Source: Setoptus koraiensis (Eukaryota > Animalia > Arthropoda). From it: 64,000 nt of DNA. The stretch is from NCBI GenBank assembly GCA_048013815.1, contig CM106585.1, positions 5,580,001 to 5,644,000 on the forward strand, given 5' to 3'. The notes below the pieces were generated by a model that was not told the origin of the DNA, did not search any database, and saw nothing but the letters and a program-made list of their open reading frames with translations. How positions within the stretch are numbered: the first letter of the stretch is position 1; every line of letters starts with the position of its first letter. Shown piece after piece: positions 35,802 through 45,829 of this stretch. Both the position numbers and the translations under genes were made by a program.

Positions 35802-37536
35802 TCAAGGCAGTCTATGTCGATATTCCACAGACATGGTTTGATATAGATAAGCTACTAGCACCCCAATCATGAACCAGAAAACATAAGTAAGTTCATTTGA
35901 ATTGACTGGCAAGAGGTTTGGTCGCCGTTTTAAGAGGCGAAGCATTCTTCTAAGATGATTCTCCGAATATGGTGGATATCTTTTTTTAGCTACCCACTCT
36001 ATTATTGGATTGAAGCCTCGCACTAGCATAGACTTTTTGTGAGAAAAAGTTTTGAAGCTATGCTTTCCGTGGTACGCTCCGATGCCAGATTTGCCTACTC
36101 CGCCGAAAGGTAACGCCTCGGCAACAAGATGTATGACTGTGTCGTTGACACAAACAGATCCGCTAGAAGTTTGATGCTGGAATCGCTTGATTACATCTTT
36201 TTTTTGCGATTGTCAAAGAACAAAAAAATAATATTTTGATAATTAGTTCAATAATTAGTTGGACCATCCTGTCGTTAATCTAAGAATACGCCAGCTATGT
36301 CATACGGCTATGTGGATCAAACTTACCATTATCAGTAGAAAAAATGTACAAAGAGAGAGGTTTGTCTCGAGAGTTTATATAACTAATGGCATCAGTGATC
36401 TCGTTGACAGGTATAAGAGGCAAAATTGGTCCAAATATTTCCGATTTCATTATAGGCTCGTCAGATCCAGAACAAGCAATTACAGTGGGTTCGATGTAGA
36501 AGTCGTTGTCTTTGTTAGGACCAGCAGTCATTTGGCCGCCAATAACTGAAGATGAGCCAACGAAATCAATTTGCTGTTGTTGCCTAGTTAATTGTTCACT
36601 CAGTAAATTGCTCAAACGACTATAGTGTCTCTGGCTGACTATTCTGCCGTAGTCGGGATTTTTCGCCGGATGTTCACCATAAAATTGATTGATTATTTTT
36701 CGAGCCTCTGTCATGAATTTGCTCTGTATATAACGAGTACAGAGAACATAATCAGGCGCCACACATGTTTGTCCCGAGTTCAGAAATTTTCCCCACAAGA
36801 TTCTTCGCACAGTTGTTTCAAACAGTTTCTGATTGAAAGAGTTGTTTTTGGAATCGAAATAAGTGTTCTGGTCTATATAGACTGGCGATTTTCCCCCAAG
36901 TTCCAGTGTGCACGGTATGAGGTTTTGCGACGCCGATTGATAAATGAGCTTGCCAACGTGATTGGAGCCAGTGTAGAACACATAATCGATAGAATCCGAC
37001 GACAGAAGCGTTTGCACACAATTTCCATCGCCCAGAATACAATGGTATGCACTTCTATCGAGATAAGACGGTATAAGTTTGTGTAATAATCGTGCTGTGG
37101 CCGGAGCCACCTCAGACGGCTTAACAATACATGCATTACCGGCCGCAATGGCACCCACAAGTGGAGACAGGGCCAATTGAACTGGATAATTCCAGGCCCC
37201 AATCACCAACACCAATCCATATGGTTCGTAATGTATATAATTATCATCAACGAGTGTCACAAAGCATTTCGACACAAATTTTGGCTTTATCCAAGAGTCG
37301 ATGTTGCCCAGTGATGATCGTATGTCGTTCAAAACAAAATCCACTTCGGTCATCATAGTTTCGAAACGAGGTTTCTTAAGATCACTTTGAAGAGCCTTGA
37401 CAAAATCTTGTTCGTTTTCAGTGAGGAGCTTGTAAAGTTTCTTGAGTTGATCTTTGCGGAAAGAGATATCCTTTGTCAGGCCGCTTTCGAAAGCTTGCCG
37501 AGCTGAGTTTATCACTGACTTGTATTGATTATCCAT
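35802..37536 (-). CDS. ALDH3: Class 3 (fatty) aldehyde dehydrogenase with C-terminal TM anchor, 534 aa; exons 37536-36327 and 36196-35802
   Basis: EPYGLVLVIGAWNYP, KPSE, FYTGS, LELGGKSP, catalytic NSGQTCVAPDY, EIFGPILP. Splicing GTAAGT(36326) to AAG(36197) gives FSTDNDVIKRF...LPFGGVGKSGIGAYHGKHSFKTFSH; hydrophobic C-terminus. Confidence 0.93.
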
Positions 37537-38079
37537 TTTTTAGGTCGCTCTGTGCTTACTATATTACTACTATCTTTACTGAATGTTATTTTTCCAAAAA
37601 GTTTTTCTTTCTTGTTGACACGTAATCAATTGTACGATGAATTTTCACTTTATTTTGATTCCAACTGAAAGTGAACCTCGCTAACTAACTGGGGCTACCA
37701 ACATCAAATTGGAACATTCGGATTCCAACATTACTGCGTATTAGTTAGAGAGGCAAAACTAGCAGTTTGCCAAAGCGTCGCGTTAAATATTAAAAGGGAT
37801 AAGACTAAGAAAAGGTTTGAACTAACGGACAAGAGAACGTTGGCTTCCCTCGCGAAGTCATGAGTAGATGATGATGTGTAGTTGTTTGGTGAACAAAGCT
37901 ATTTAAGCATCGAGGGGATGCTTTCGCCTTCATTAGACAGATGCAGCAAGTCGAACGAAAGAAAGCCGCGGAATAACCGGTCCTGGTCAATCTCGGACAA
38001 GGCAGGACGATCACTGTTGCTCGATGCCGGTCAGCGTTGCTGGCCAAGCTTTAACAAGAGATAGCCGCCATCGGTCAGA

Positions 38080-39062
38080 AATCTGCCGAAAAAAGGATAA
38101 AAGTCAGGCTCAAGAGAACCAACATGAAGTTCCATGAAATCCTGAATGTGATTCTTACAAAACTAGCATCGAAAAAACACAACATTTTGCCGGACATCTT
38201 CTCCAAATTATACAGAATATACAGATCCATATCGGCACTTCCTAATGATGCTTTCTTTGAGATAAATACACCAAATGGGATCGCTATCGAAGAATTATGG
38301 TTGAGTTTGGCCGCAAACGAAATGTGTTTTGATTTCAAAGAATGCTCTTTTCTGTTGCGTGCCCTAGATCAACTGAGTCTTCATTTGGAAGCCAATCAGC
38401 ATAAGGAATTTTTGGTTCGGCTCTTCTTGGTGATGGGCATCAATAAAAGTAGACAAGAGTACCTCGAAGCTGCTCTATCGGAGCTCAACGAAGACACTAA
38501 GATCTATGCATCAAAAAGAAAAGTTATCACGAGAGCTTATATCAAAACTCTAATTGAAAGCATGGATCAGGATGATTCTATCATAGCTATCTCTGAAGAT
38601 ATAGACAATTCTCATGATCTCATAAACACCTTGTCAACAAAATCTGAGACAGAAATGAGCGACAAAGAGATATCTGCCCTGTGTGCCGTTGAACAAAGTG
38701 AGGATGACCTGTACAAACTCAAGTATTCCGTCTTGAAAAATCTCGCTTTATTAAATGATTGCGATGTCAGTGATTATTTAGGTGCCCTAAAGATTGACGA
38801 CACAGATGTTAGTCTATGGATTAAAGCCGGTGATCGTGCTGTGAAGGACGGAGACACATCGTTTGCTAGACTCAGTTATGAGAAAGCTTCATGAGAAAAT
38901 GGTTGGCCGTGGATCACCTTCTAGACTGTTATTGCATACTAGATTTATTTTCAGATCTGTACGATCCCTGCCTCAGTATATTAGATTCGAATCCGGCATA
39001 CAAGAAAGCCACAATTCTTTTACAAGAATGCATGAGATTGGGTATTGGTAGATCTCTGTATG
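38080..39062 (+). pseudogene. Circularly permuted CABIN1 fragment chimera (38080-38684 = 32526-33129; 38688-39062 = 31372-31756)
   Basis: Direct alignment to CABIN1 in this window. ORF 38124..38894 reads in frame across the junction (ISALC-A-VEQSEDD). A ~10-bp deletion creates the TGA stop. Confidence 0.92.
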
Positions 39063-39070
39063 GGAGTCAT

Positions 39071-39493
39071 TCAGCGACGAGAAGTTTTTCCCTTTGTCCT
39101 CTGGTCTCCGTAGAGTCTCACATTAACTTTTTTCCCCTTAATTTGCTTGATTCTTCGAGTCTCCTCAATGTAATCTCTGTGCTCGTCCCTGTAGAGGCCA
39201 TAGCCCCTCAATATATGAGAGAACTCCCTTATTTGTGGATGGGCAGGATAATAATTAATATTTTTGATTGACTGTAAATCGGCAGGTTTTTTCTGTAGCC
39301 TCTTGAAGGTTGCCTCTTCACTGTGCCACTGGCCGGCCCACCGCTCAATGGTTGATTTATCTGGCTCATAGTATTCTTTCTTTGTTATTTCTGGTACATA
39401 AAATGTGTTAAATATCTTGCAGCTGATCTGACGGAGCCTCTGCGAGTATTTCGATGTAAATGTTAGACGCTTCAGTGGTTGTATAAGAACCAT
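39071..39493 (-). CDS. MRPS33: Mitochondrial ribosomal protein S33 (mS33)
   Basis: YSQRLRQISCKIF and YYPAHPQIREFSHILRGYGLYRDEHRDYIEETRRIKQIKGK match the mS33 motif YP.H......LR..GLYRDEH.DF..E..R....RGK. Confidence 0.88.
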   Translation of the reverse strand: MVLIQPLKRLTFTSKYSQRLRQISCKIFNTFYVPEITKKEYYEPDKSTIERWAGQWHSEEATFKRLQKKPADLQSIKNINYYPAHPQIREFSHILRGYGLYRDEHRDYIEETRRIKQIKGKKVNVRLYGDQRTKGKTSRR

Positions 39494-39810
39494 TTTGATT
39501 TATTGAACAGATTTTTAGACGAATGCCTTACAAATTGACGAAAATTGATCACGTTTTCGTTATTCTCACCTTATTCTTTCGCCATGCTGTCTCTAGCAAT
39601 CACTAATGGTGTCAGCTGTCGTGGTTCAAAATCTGGCGCAAGCACACTGTGCCTGGCGTTTTCAGTTCAGAATATGGATGCGAAAAGCACGTGCTTTTTT
39701 CTCCACCATAAACACAATCGTCGGTTTAATCCATTTATTTATTAAATCCATTCTCTATTAAATTTACATTACATCGACATCAATAACATTTGCCAATTAA
39801 GATAGGCATC
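39494..39810. promoter_or_regulatory. Inferred bidirectional promoter (MRPS33 / NIFK copy A, head-to-head)
   Basis: 317 bp separate the divergent ATGs at 39493 (-) and 39811 (+); no specific motif identified. Confidence 0.55.
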
Positions 39811-40674
39811 ATGGGCAAGAAAAAGGCAAAGAGCAAGACGGAAAAAGATACAATCACCCCAGGAGTGATCAAATTGAATAATGTTCCACATGGTTTCTAT
39901 GAAAAGGAGATATCGAAATTCTTCAGTCAATTCGGCAAGGTAAAACATGCCAAAGTAATCAGAAGCAAGAAAACATTTAAAAGCAGGGGATTCGCTTTTG
40001 TCAAGTTCTACAATGTGGAAGCGGCAAAGGCTGCCGCCGAATCCATGCACAATTATCTTCTTTTCGATAAGGTGCTCAAATGTAGACTGATAAAGGCAGA
40101 AAATCTACCGAAAGGCTTCTTCAAAGAGCCCAAACATCGACAACTAACAACAGTGGAAATGCACAAGCGCAAGCACAACAATTTCCTTATAAGCAAAGAA
40201 GATGAAATGAAGCTGGTGAGAAGGCAGTACGGTCAATTGAGACGTCGCCAGAAAATATTAAAAGATCTCGGCATAAATTTCGAGTGTCACATTATCAACG
40301 TTCCAGATTTTGTCACTGACACTGACTCTTTGCGATCATTAACTTCGGGCAGCTCCAATAGTGGCGAGCCCCTTAGCTCGGACGTTGTCACATCTGGCTC
40401 AGAATTCAACGGTTACTCCTCGGATGATCAAGGATCGGAGAAAATTCCCAATTTAGTGCCTATCAAGCGAATAGAGCCAAAAACAGTGCAGACGAAATCC
40501 ACCATTAAGGATCGCCTTGAGGAGGAGGAACCCGAGGAAGTGTTTGAGAAATGGATCAAAAGGAGGACAGCTGCCAAAGCTCTTCGATATATGGCCGCAA
40601 CTTCAATGAAACACTTTTGGGTTTATAATTGTGCAAATAATTTCTCCGTGCCAGAACAATCTGACTCTAAATAA
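39811..40674 (+). CDS. NIFK: NIFK/Nop15-type nucleolar RRM protein, copy A (287 aa)
   Basis: PGVIKLNNVPHGFYEKEISKFFSQFGKV, SRGFAFVKF, AAESMHNYLLFDKVLKC. Confidence 0.88.
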   Translation: MGKKKAKSKTEKDTITPGVIKLNNVPHGFYEKEISKFFSQFGKVKHAKVIRSKKTFKSRGFAFVKFYNVEAAKAAAESMHNYLLFDKVLKCRLIKAENLPKGFFKEPKHRQLTTVEMHKRKHNNFLISKEDEMKLVRRQYGQLRRRQKILKDLGINFECHIINVPDFVTDTDSLRSLTSGSSNSGEPLSSDVVTSGSEFNGYSSDDQGSEKIPNLVPIKRIEPKTVQTKSTIKDRLEEEEPEEVFEKWIKRRTAAKALRYMAATSMKHFWVYNCANNFSVPEQSDSK

Positions 40675-40730
40675 TAAAAGAATTGTTTCTCAATTAGTTT
40701 GTTTCTCTTCGAAATGACTCGCTTCGAGTA

Positions 40731-41001
40731 GGTATTTCGCACAGCTCTTCCGGAAGTAATGGATTGTCTCGGGCCGATTTGTCGTCTTGTTCACTAAGCG
40801 AACTTCCGTTTAGCGACGGGCCCTCTGGGGAGGACGAGTCGTCATCGCACGACGACGACGACGATTTCCACTGAAAAATCTGAACAGTGACATATTTGTT
40901 TGATTGTGATTGTATATATTTTGCTAGCTAAAATTGTTCTGATTTGAATAACTTTGTGTTTTACTTTAAATAACAGTTCCTCTCGACGATTTCATATGCA
41001 A
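40731..41001 (-). pseudogene. 5' stub and promoter of the CRAL-TRIO gene (copy of 45657-45985)
   Basis: Aligns to 45657-45985. ATG at 40893; a 1-bp deletion after codon 9 shifts the frame to TAA at 40810-40812. Confidence 0.9.
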
Positions 41002-41731
41002 GTGTACGCAAGTGCAGCGAGCCAAATGTAACGTAAAAGGCTTATGTATGTAGAGTATTATGGCCCAATTTCGTCCTTGAATGCGATAACCTGTTTACCT
41101 GGCTAACTTATATAGTGGTAATAATGATAGCAATGGTAATTATAGCAACGATGATAATAATACTCGATTAAACAAAACAACCTAAGCAAGGGTTATCATG
41201 CACACTCTAGAAATAAAGGTATAAAGGTAAATGACTCGCTAGCTTGCCATACAAATAGTTGTTCACCGTCTTCGTCGCCGTCGTGCAGTGACGGACATGC
41301 TCAATTTCCTATTGCTACCCACTTTACATTATTAGATGGATACTATTATTAATGCACTCCAGATATTGACTAGTGATATACAGTGGATATAATAAGACTA
41401 CTGGTTGTTTGTAACACGCTAATAGTGCTGCAAAGTGTGAGACGAGAATCAAAAGAACGCCCAACAAGTGTGAGTAACAAGTTAGCCCAAGATGCAACTC
41501 ACAACTGCCGCTGCTGGCCAACAAAACAAAAATATCAACAGCAAACTCAGGCAAACCGAGCGCCACTTCTTTAGCCTAGCCACGTCCAACGTTTGCGTTT
41601 CTTCCTTTCCTATCTCACAGATCTCGTCGGATCCCGTCGGATCTTGTCAGGTCTTGCCGAATCGCTCAACAACTCGCTCGCCAAACTGTCTCAGCTTTAC
41701 TGTCGAATAATGTAACTTTAACGCGAACCAT

Positions 41732-41796
<65 letters not shown>

Positions 41797-42200
41797 GATG
41801 TTGAGACAAACTCATTCCAATTGTATCCGGCCTGCGCTTGTGAGCCACGATAAAAGTGTAAACAATTCAAGGTGGCCAACATTGTACGCTAATGCATGAG
41901 ATAAGGAAGCCATCATTACGAGTGTCAAGCAGTCTATTAGAATCTTAGTAGGGCTTGCACGCTAGCACGGCTTCAATCTATTCTAAAGTATGCCAACATC
42001 GACATTAGCTATTGCGTGTATTAGATTGATAAAAACGTCCGAGTTACATCAATTCTGGCCACGGTCGATTGATGTGGGTGCCTCATATGGATAGTAGCTC
42101 CAGTTACTCTAGCGATCAATGTACTTTTGGGGATACGGTTATTTCATCAGTGTACATTTCATTTTCCTTCCTCGACCCATTGTCTGAAGAATGGACATTT
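40999..42200. repeat. Non-coding duplicated segment, copy A (40999-41381 + 42133-42200 = 49359-49828), with 751 bp present only here
   Basis: Long shared strings, e.g. GATAATAATACTCGATTAAACAAAACAACCTAAGCAAGGGTTATCATGCA and TAGAAATAAAGGTATAAAGGTAAATGACT; homology resumes at CATCAG-GTACATTTCATTTTC...GGACATTT. Confidence 0.9.
41732..41797. repeat. (TTG)22 microsatellite
   Basis: Read directly from the sequence. Confidence 0.95.
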
Positions 42201-42202
42201 CA

Positions 42203-42609
42203 GGTTGAAGAAGACACTGCTCATGAAAGTACTTTGGAGACTGAAAAAGGAAGTCAGACAATTGGGAATGATGCGGAGGCCACCCGCGAGAAAAAGATAT
42301 AAGTTGAGCTCGAAGAATCGCTTCGCTTAATTATGGTTGAGTTTGGCTGCAAACGAAATGTGTTTTGATTTCAAAGAATGCTCTTTCCTGTCGCGTGCCC
42401 TAGATCAACTGAGTCTTCATTTGGAGGCCAATCAGCATAAGGAATTTATGGTTCGGCTCTTCTTGGTGATGGGCATCAATAAAAGTAGACAAGAGTACCT
42501 CGAAGCTGCTCTATCGGAGCTAAACGAAGACACTACGATCTGTGCATCAAAAAGAAAAGTTATCACGAGAGCTTATATCAAAACTCTAATTGAAAGCATG
42601 GATCAAGAA
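42203..42609 (+). pseudogene. Second CABIN1 fragment (= 32447-33018 with ~170-bp internal deletion)
   Basis: AGGTTGAAGAAGACAC...GAAAAAGAT matches 32447-32556; it then jumps to TCGAAGAAT...TTATGGTTGAGTTTGGC (~32729 onward) and ends with TAA at MDQE*. Confidence 0.9.
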
Positions 42610-42741
42610 TAAGTTCTTTAAAAAGACCGCTTTCCCCTTTCGCAATGTTTATGAACGCAAATGTAGAGAGTGTTTCATTCCAAACGCACATGTCCATCTT
42701 CCAACATCAATAACAAATCAATCATTAATTTATCAGGCATC

Positions 42742-43230
42742 ATGGGCAAGAAAAAAGCAAAGAGCAAGACGGAAAAAGATACAATCACCCCAGGAGTGAT
42801 CAAATTGAATAATGTTCCACACGGATTTTATGAAGAGGAAATATCGAAATTCTTCAGCCAATTCGGCAAGGTAAAACATGTCAAAGTAATCAGAAGCAAG
42901 AAAACATTTGAAAGCAGGGGATTCGCTTTTGTCAAGTTCTACAATGTGGAAGCGGCAAAGGCTGCCGCCGAATCCATGCACAATTATCTTCTTTTCGATA
43001 AGGTGCTCAAATGTAGACTGATAAAGGCAGAAAATCTACCGAAAGGCTTCTTCAAAGAGCCCAAACATCGACAATTAACAACAGTGGAAATGCACAAGCG
43101 CCATCACAACAGCCTCAAACAAGATGAAATGAAGCTGGTGAGAAAACATTACAGCAGATTGAGAGGTCACCAGAAAATATTAAAAGATCTCGGCATAGAT
43201 TTCGAGTGTCACATTATCAATGTTAAATAA
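42742..43230 (+). CDS. NIFK: NIFK/Nop15-type RRM protein, copy B (162 aa, C-terminally shorter)
   Basis: Intact frame paralogous to 39811-40295; the TAA stop lies within an AATAAA (43226-43231). Confidence 0.75.
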   Translation: MGKKKAKSKTEKDTITPGVIKLNNVPHGFYEEEISKFFSQFGKVKHVKVIRSKKTFESRGFAFVKFYNVEAAKAAAESMHNYLLFDKVLKCRLIKAENLPKGFFKEPKHRQLTTVEMHKRHHNSLKQDEMKLVRKHYSRLRGHQKILKDLGIDFECHIINVK

Positions 43231-43258
43231 AATATATCATTCTTGTGTTATCCTATAA

Positions 43259-45829
43259 TTACGAGGCAATAATACTAGATGATATAAGACTAGCTGGCTG
43301 ATCTTCCTCGTTCCCTTCGTCGCCATCCAAATGTATATCACCATCGACCTCTTTGAGAAATTTAGCATAGATCTCTTTGATTTTTTTCGATTGTTCCTTG
43401 GTAAGATTGTGTTGCTCGGCTGTTTCTTCGGCCAAGCGTGATCCGACCGGCACAACTCGATAGCTCATTTTGCATGTTCCGCCCATGTAGTCGGGAAGAT
43501 TTTCCGGTGCTATGAAATCTTTGATGGCCTCGCCACTGACAAATCTTAAACGGCGCCTGAGATTCGGATCATCATAAACATCATCGTGTGATTTATCATT
43601 AGTAACGCTATTATCAGTAGTAATTGTTATGTTATAATTGTTGTAAGAGAGAAGAAAGAGATCAAGCGGCACAAATAGAAGGGATGCCGAGGCAATTGAG
43701 CAACGTGAAATCATCGACATTCGTCATATTGCCGATTGACATTGCAGTTGCGGTTGTTGTCGACGAAAGCGGTAGCGGCGGTGGTTAGTCGATTGGTTTG
43801 TTGGTGGAGATTTCGAACACAATTTCAACAAAATGTTCGTCGGCAAACAGAGATGATAGATGCAACAGTTAATATGGTTATACATGAATGTTACACTCAT
43901 GTGATTTGTTGCCGAATTAAACAATAAATTGAAACACAATTTTTGTTGTTGTCGATGGTGCAATTTTTTCGGTTGAATTCGTCGATTTGATCAGTTCCAA
44001 GACGTTGTAATAGTTATTTCACAATAGTGGAGAGTTTGCTCGTTGTTTGTGAATACCAATTAGTGATTGTTGTAAATATCGACATTACGGTTAGTAGACG
44101 AGAGACAGGTGAGTGAGTGTTAGTTGAGGTATAACAAAAACGTTTGTTGCTGCTGTCGTTGTTGTTGTTGTTGTTGTTGCGATGATTGTTGTTTCATTGA
44201 TAACGACGGCTATCAGCTTCTGGCAATAACTGGCTAACGGTTCGCTGGCAAGCGCGCTACATGGAATCTATCAATCATCAAGGGCGACTATTATTCAGTC
44301 GTCAGTATCTTATCTAATATAAAGATTGTATATTCAACATTTATCTTATTTTGGCTCATTCTTACATAGCACTAAGAATAGATTGATGCGCGTGTATAGT
44401 TCAGGCTAGCGATTAAATTAATTTATGATTAGCAGTCAATTGGTAAGCGTGCTTTTTCGCTAGATGTGGCAGCAGGCATAACGTGCAAGATATTACGGCA
44501 TTGTGCCGAGGCTATTACAGCATGTCAGAAAAGTTGCGATAAGGTTTCAATTGTGCTGAGCATGCGATTGTTGCTGTTGTTGTTGTTGTTGCTGTTGCTG
44601 GCAAGCCGCTAGTTGTTGATTGTCGGTTGTTGAAACGGTCCAGTAGACACTTTGATTGCTGCGATCGAATCATTCGATTGAGTTCTTTTCGAATCGCGCA
44701 CAACGTGCAAAAAATATCCACCGAAGCGCTACTGCTGTATTACTATTGATACGATCTATACTAAGCATATTGTGTGTGTGTGTGTTTGATAATATCAAGC
44801 TCTAATCTTTTATAATATGATTGCATGGAACGGATAACAACCACCACCGCCACTACCATCGCCATTCTAACCAGTAAACGTGCCTTGAAACAGATCATGT
44901 TTTGTATGCAAACAGAAATTATCTCATGTTTGGTGTGCGCAACAAACGCAACTCTTTTGGCCTCTTTGTAACTGGCAACAAGCAGTTCGAGACAAACCGC
45001 TTGTTGCATATTCGGCCCATATTGTATATTGTACTCACCTGTTTGTCGAGCTCATCCAGGACAAGGCCAGACGGGCTGTTGCGTTTAAAATCCATGGTAG
45101 ATTGTAGATAACTATGTAGCTCAGGCCTTTTGGACAATAGTTTCTGAATGAATACACCAGCCAAAATAGGAAGCCAGGATCTACGTTTTGTAGGCCGCAA
45201 TGTGTCAGATCAAATATAACCGCCGTGCCTCTGCCGTTGTTGGCCCTATCACATTCCTCTAAGACGCACAAAATGAATTCTTTCATTATTTGACTCAATT
45301 CGGGCACCCGACGATGCATTTTGATTCGCATATACAACGTTTCGTTGCCCACTCTATCGGGCGCATACCGAAACAAACCGCCAGCCCGATGAAATTCAAT
45401 GGGGAAATCGCTCAATTTTGACAGGCCCATTTTGTATTCTTGGCGAAATTTGCCGCATTGTTCCATGAGACGCGCCGAGCGTTTTGGGTCCAATCGGCAG
45501 CGCAACAAGAACCGACTGACCGTCCAATCGTCGTTGTACATTCGTTCGTAGTCCGACTTCAAGAACGACTCCGGTCGCTTCTTGTATTTCTTGTCCAATA
45601 TCTTTCTGGTGGCCTCTATGAGGGCCTTATCACAGACGGCCGTGTGCAAGAAGGTCGGTATTTCGCACAGCTCTTCCGGAAGTAACGGGTTGTCTTGGGC
45701 CGATTTGTCGTCTTGTTCGTGTTCTCTGAGCGAGCTTGCGTCCAGCGACGGGCAGCCGTCTGCGGAGGACGAGTCGTCGTCGTCGTGCGACGACGACGAT
45801 TTGCCGCTGAAAAATCTAAACAGTGACAT
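43259..45829 (-). CDS. Stand-alone CRAL-TRIO (Sec14-like, MOSPD2-type) lipid-binding protein, 362 aa; exons 45829-45039 and 43556-43259
   Basis: DYERMYNDDWTVSRFL, DRVGNETLYMRIK, AVIFDLTHCGLQNVDPGFL, YCPKGLSYIVIYNLPWILNA. GTGAGT donor at 45038 and CAG acceptor at 43557 restore RRRLRFV...ENLPDYMGGT. No MSP domain or TM helix. Confidence 0.88.

Noticed and set aside
553-37358. Many 60-150 aa ORFs antisense or out-of-frame to real genes (e.g. 867..1304, 6683..7090, 33057..33479, 36625..37086)
   Set aside because: They are shadow ORFs of long coding regions with no independent motifs.
41666-41848. Poly-Gln ORF
   Set aside because: It is explained by the (CAA)22 microsatellite; the flanks are not protein-like.
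43756-43768. GTTGTCGACGAAA resembles miR-981/miR-76
   Set aside because: The seed differs (TTGTTGT vs TCGTTGT), the 3' end does not match, and the partial complement is ~80 nt away with no clean pre-miRNA stem.
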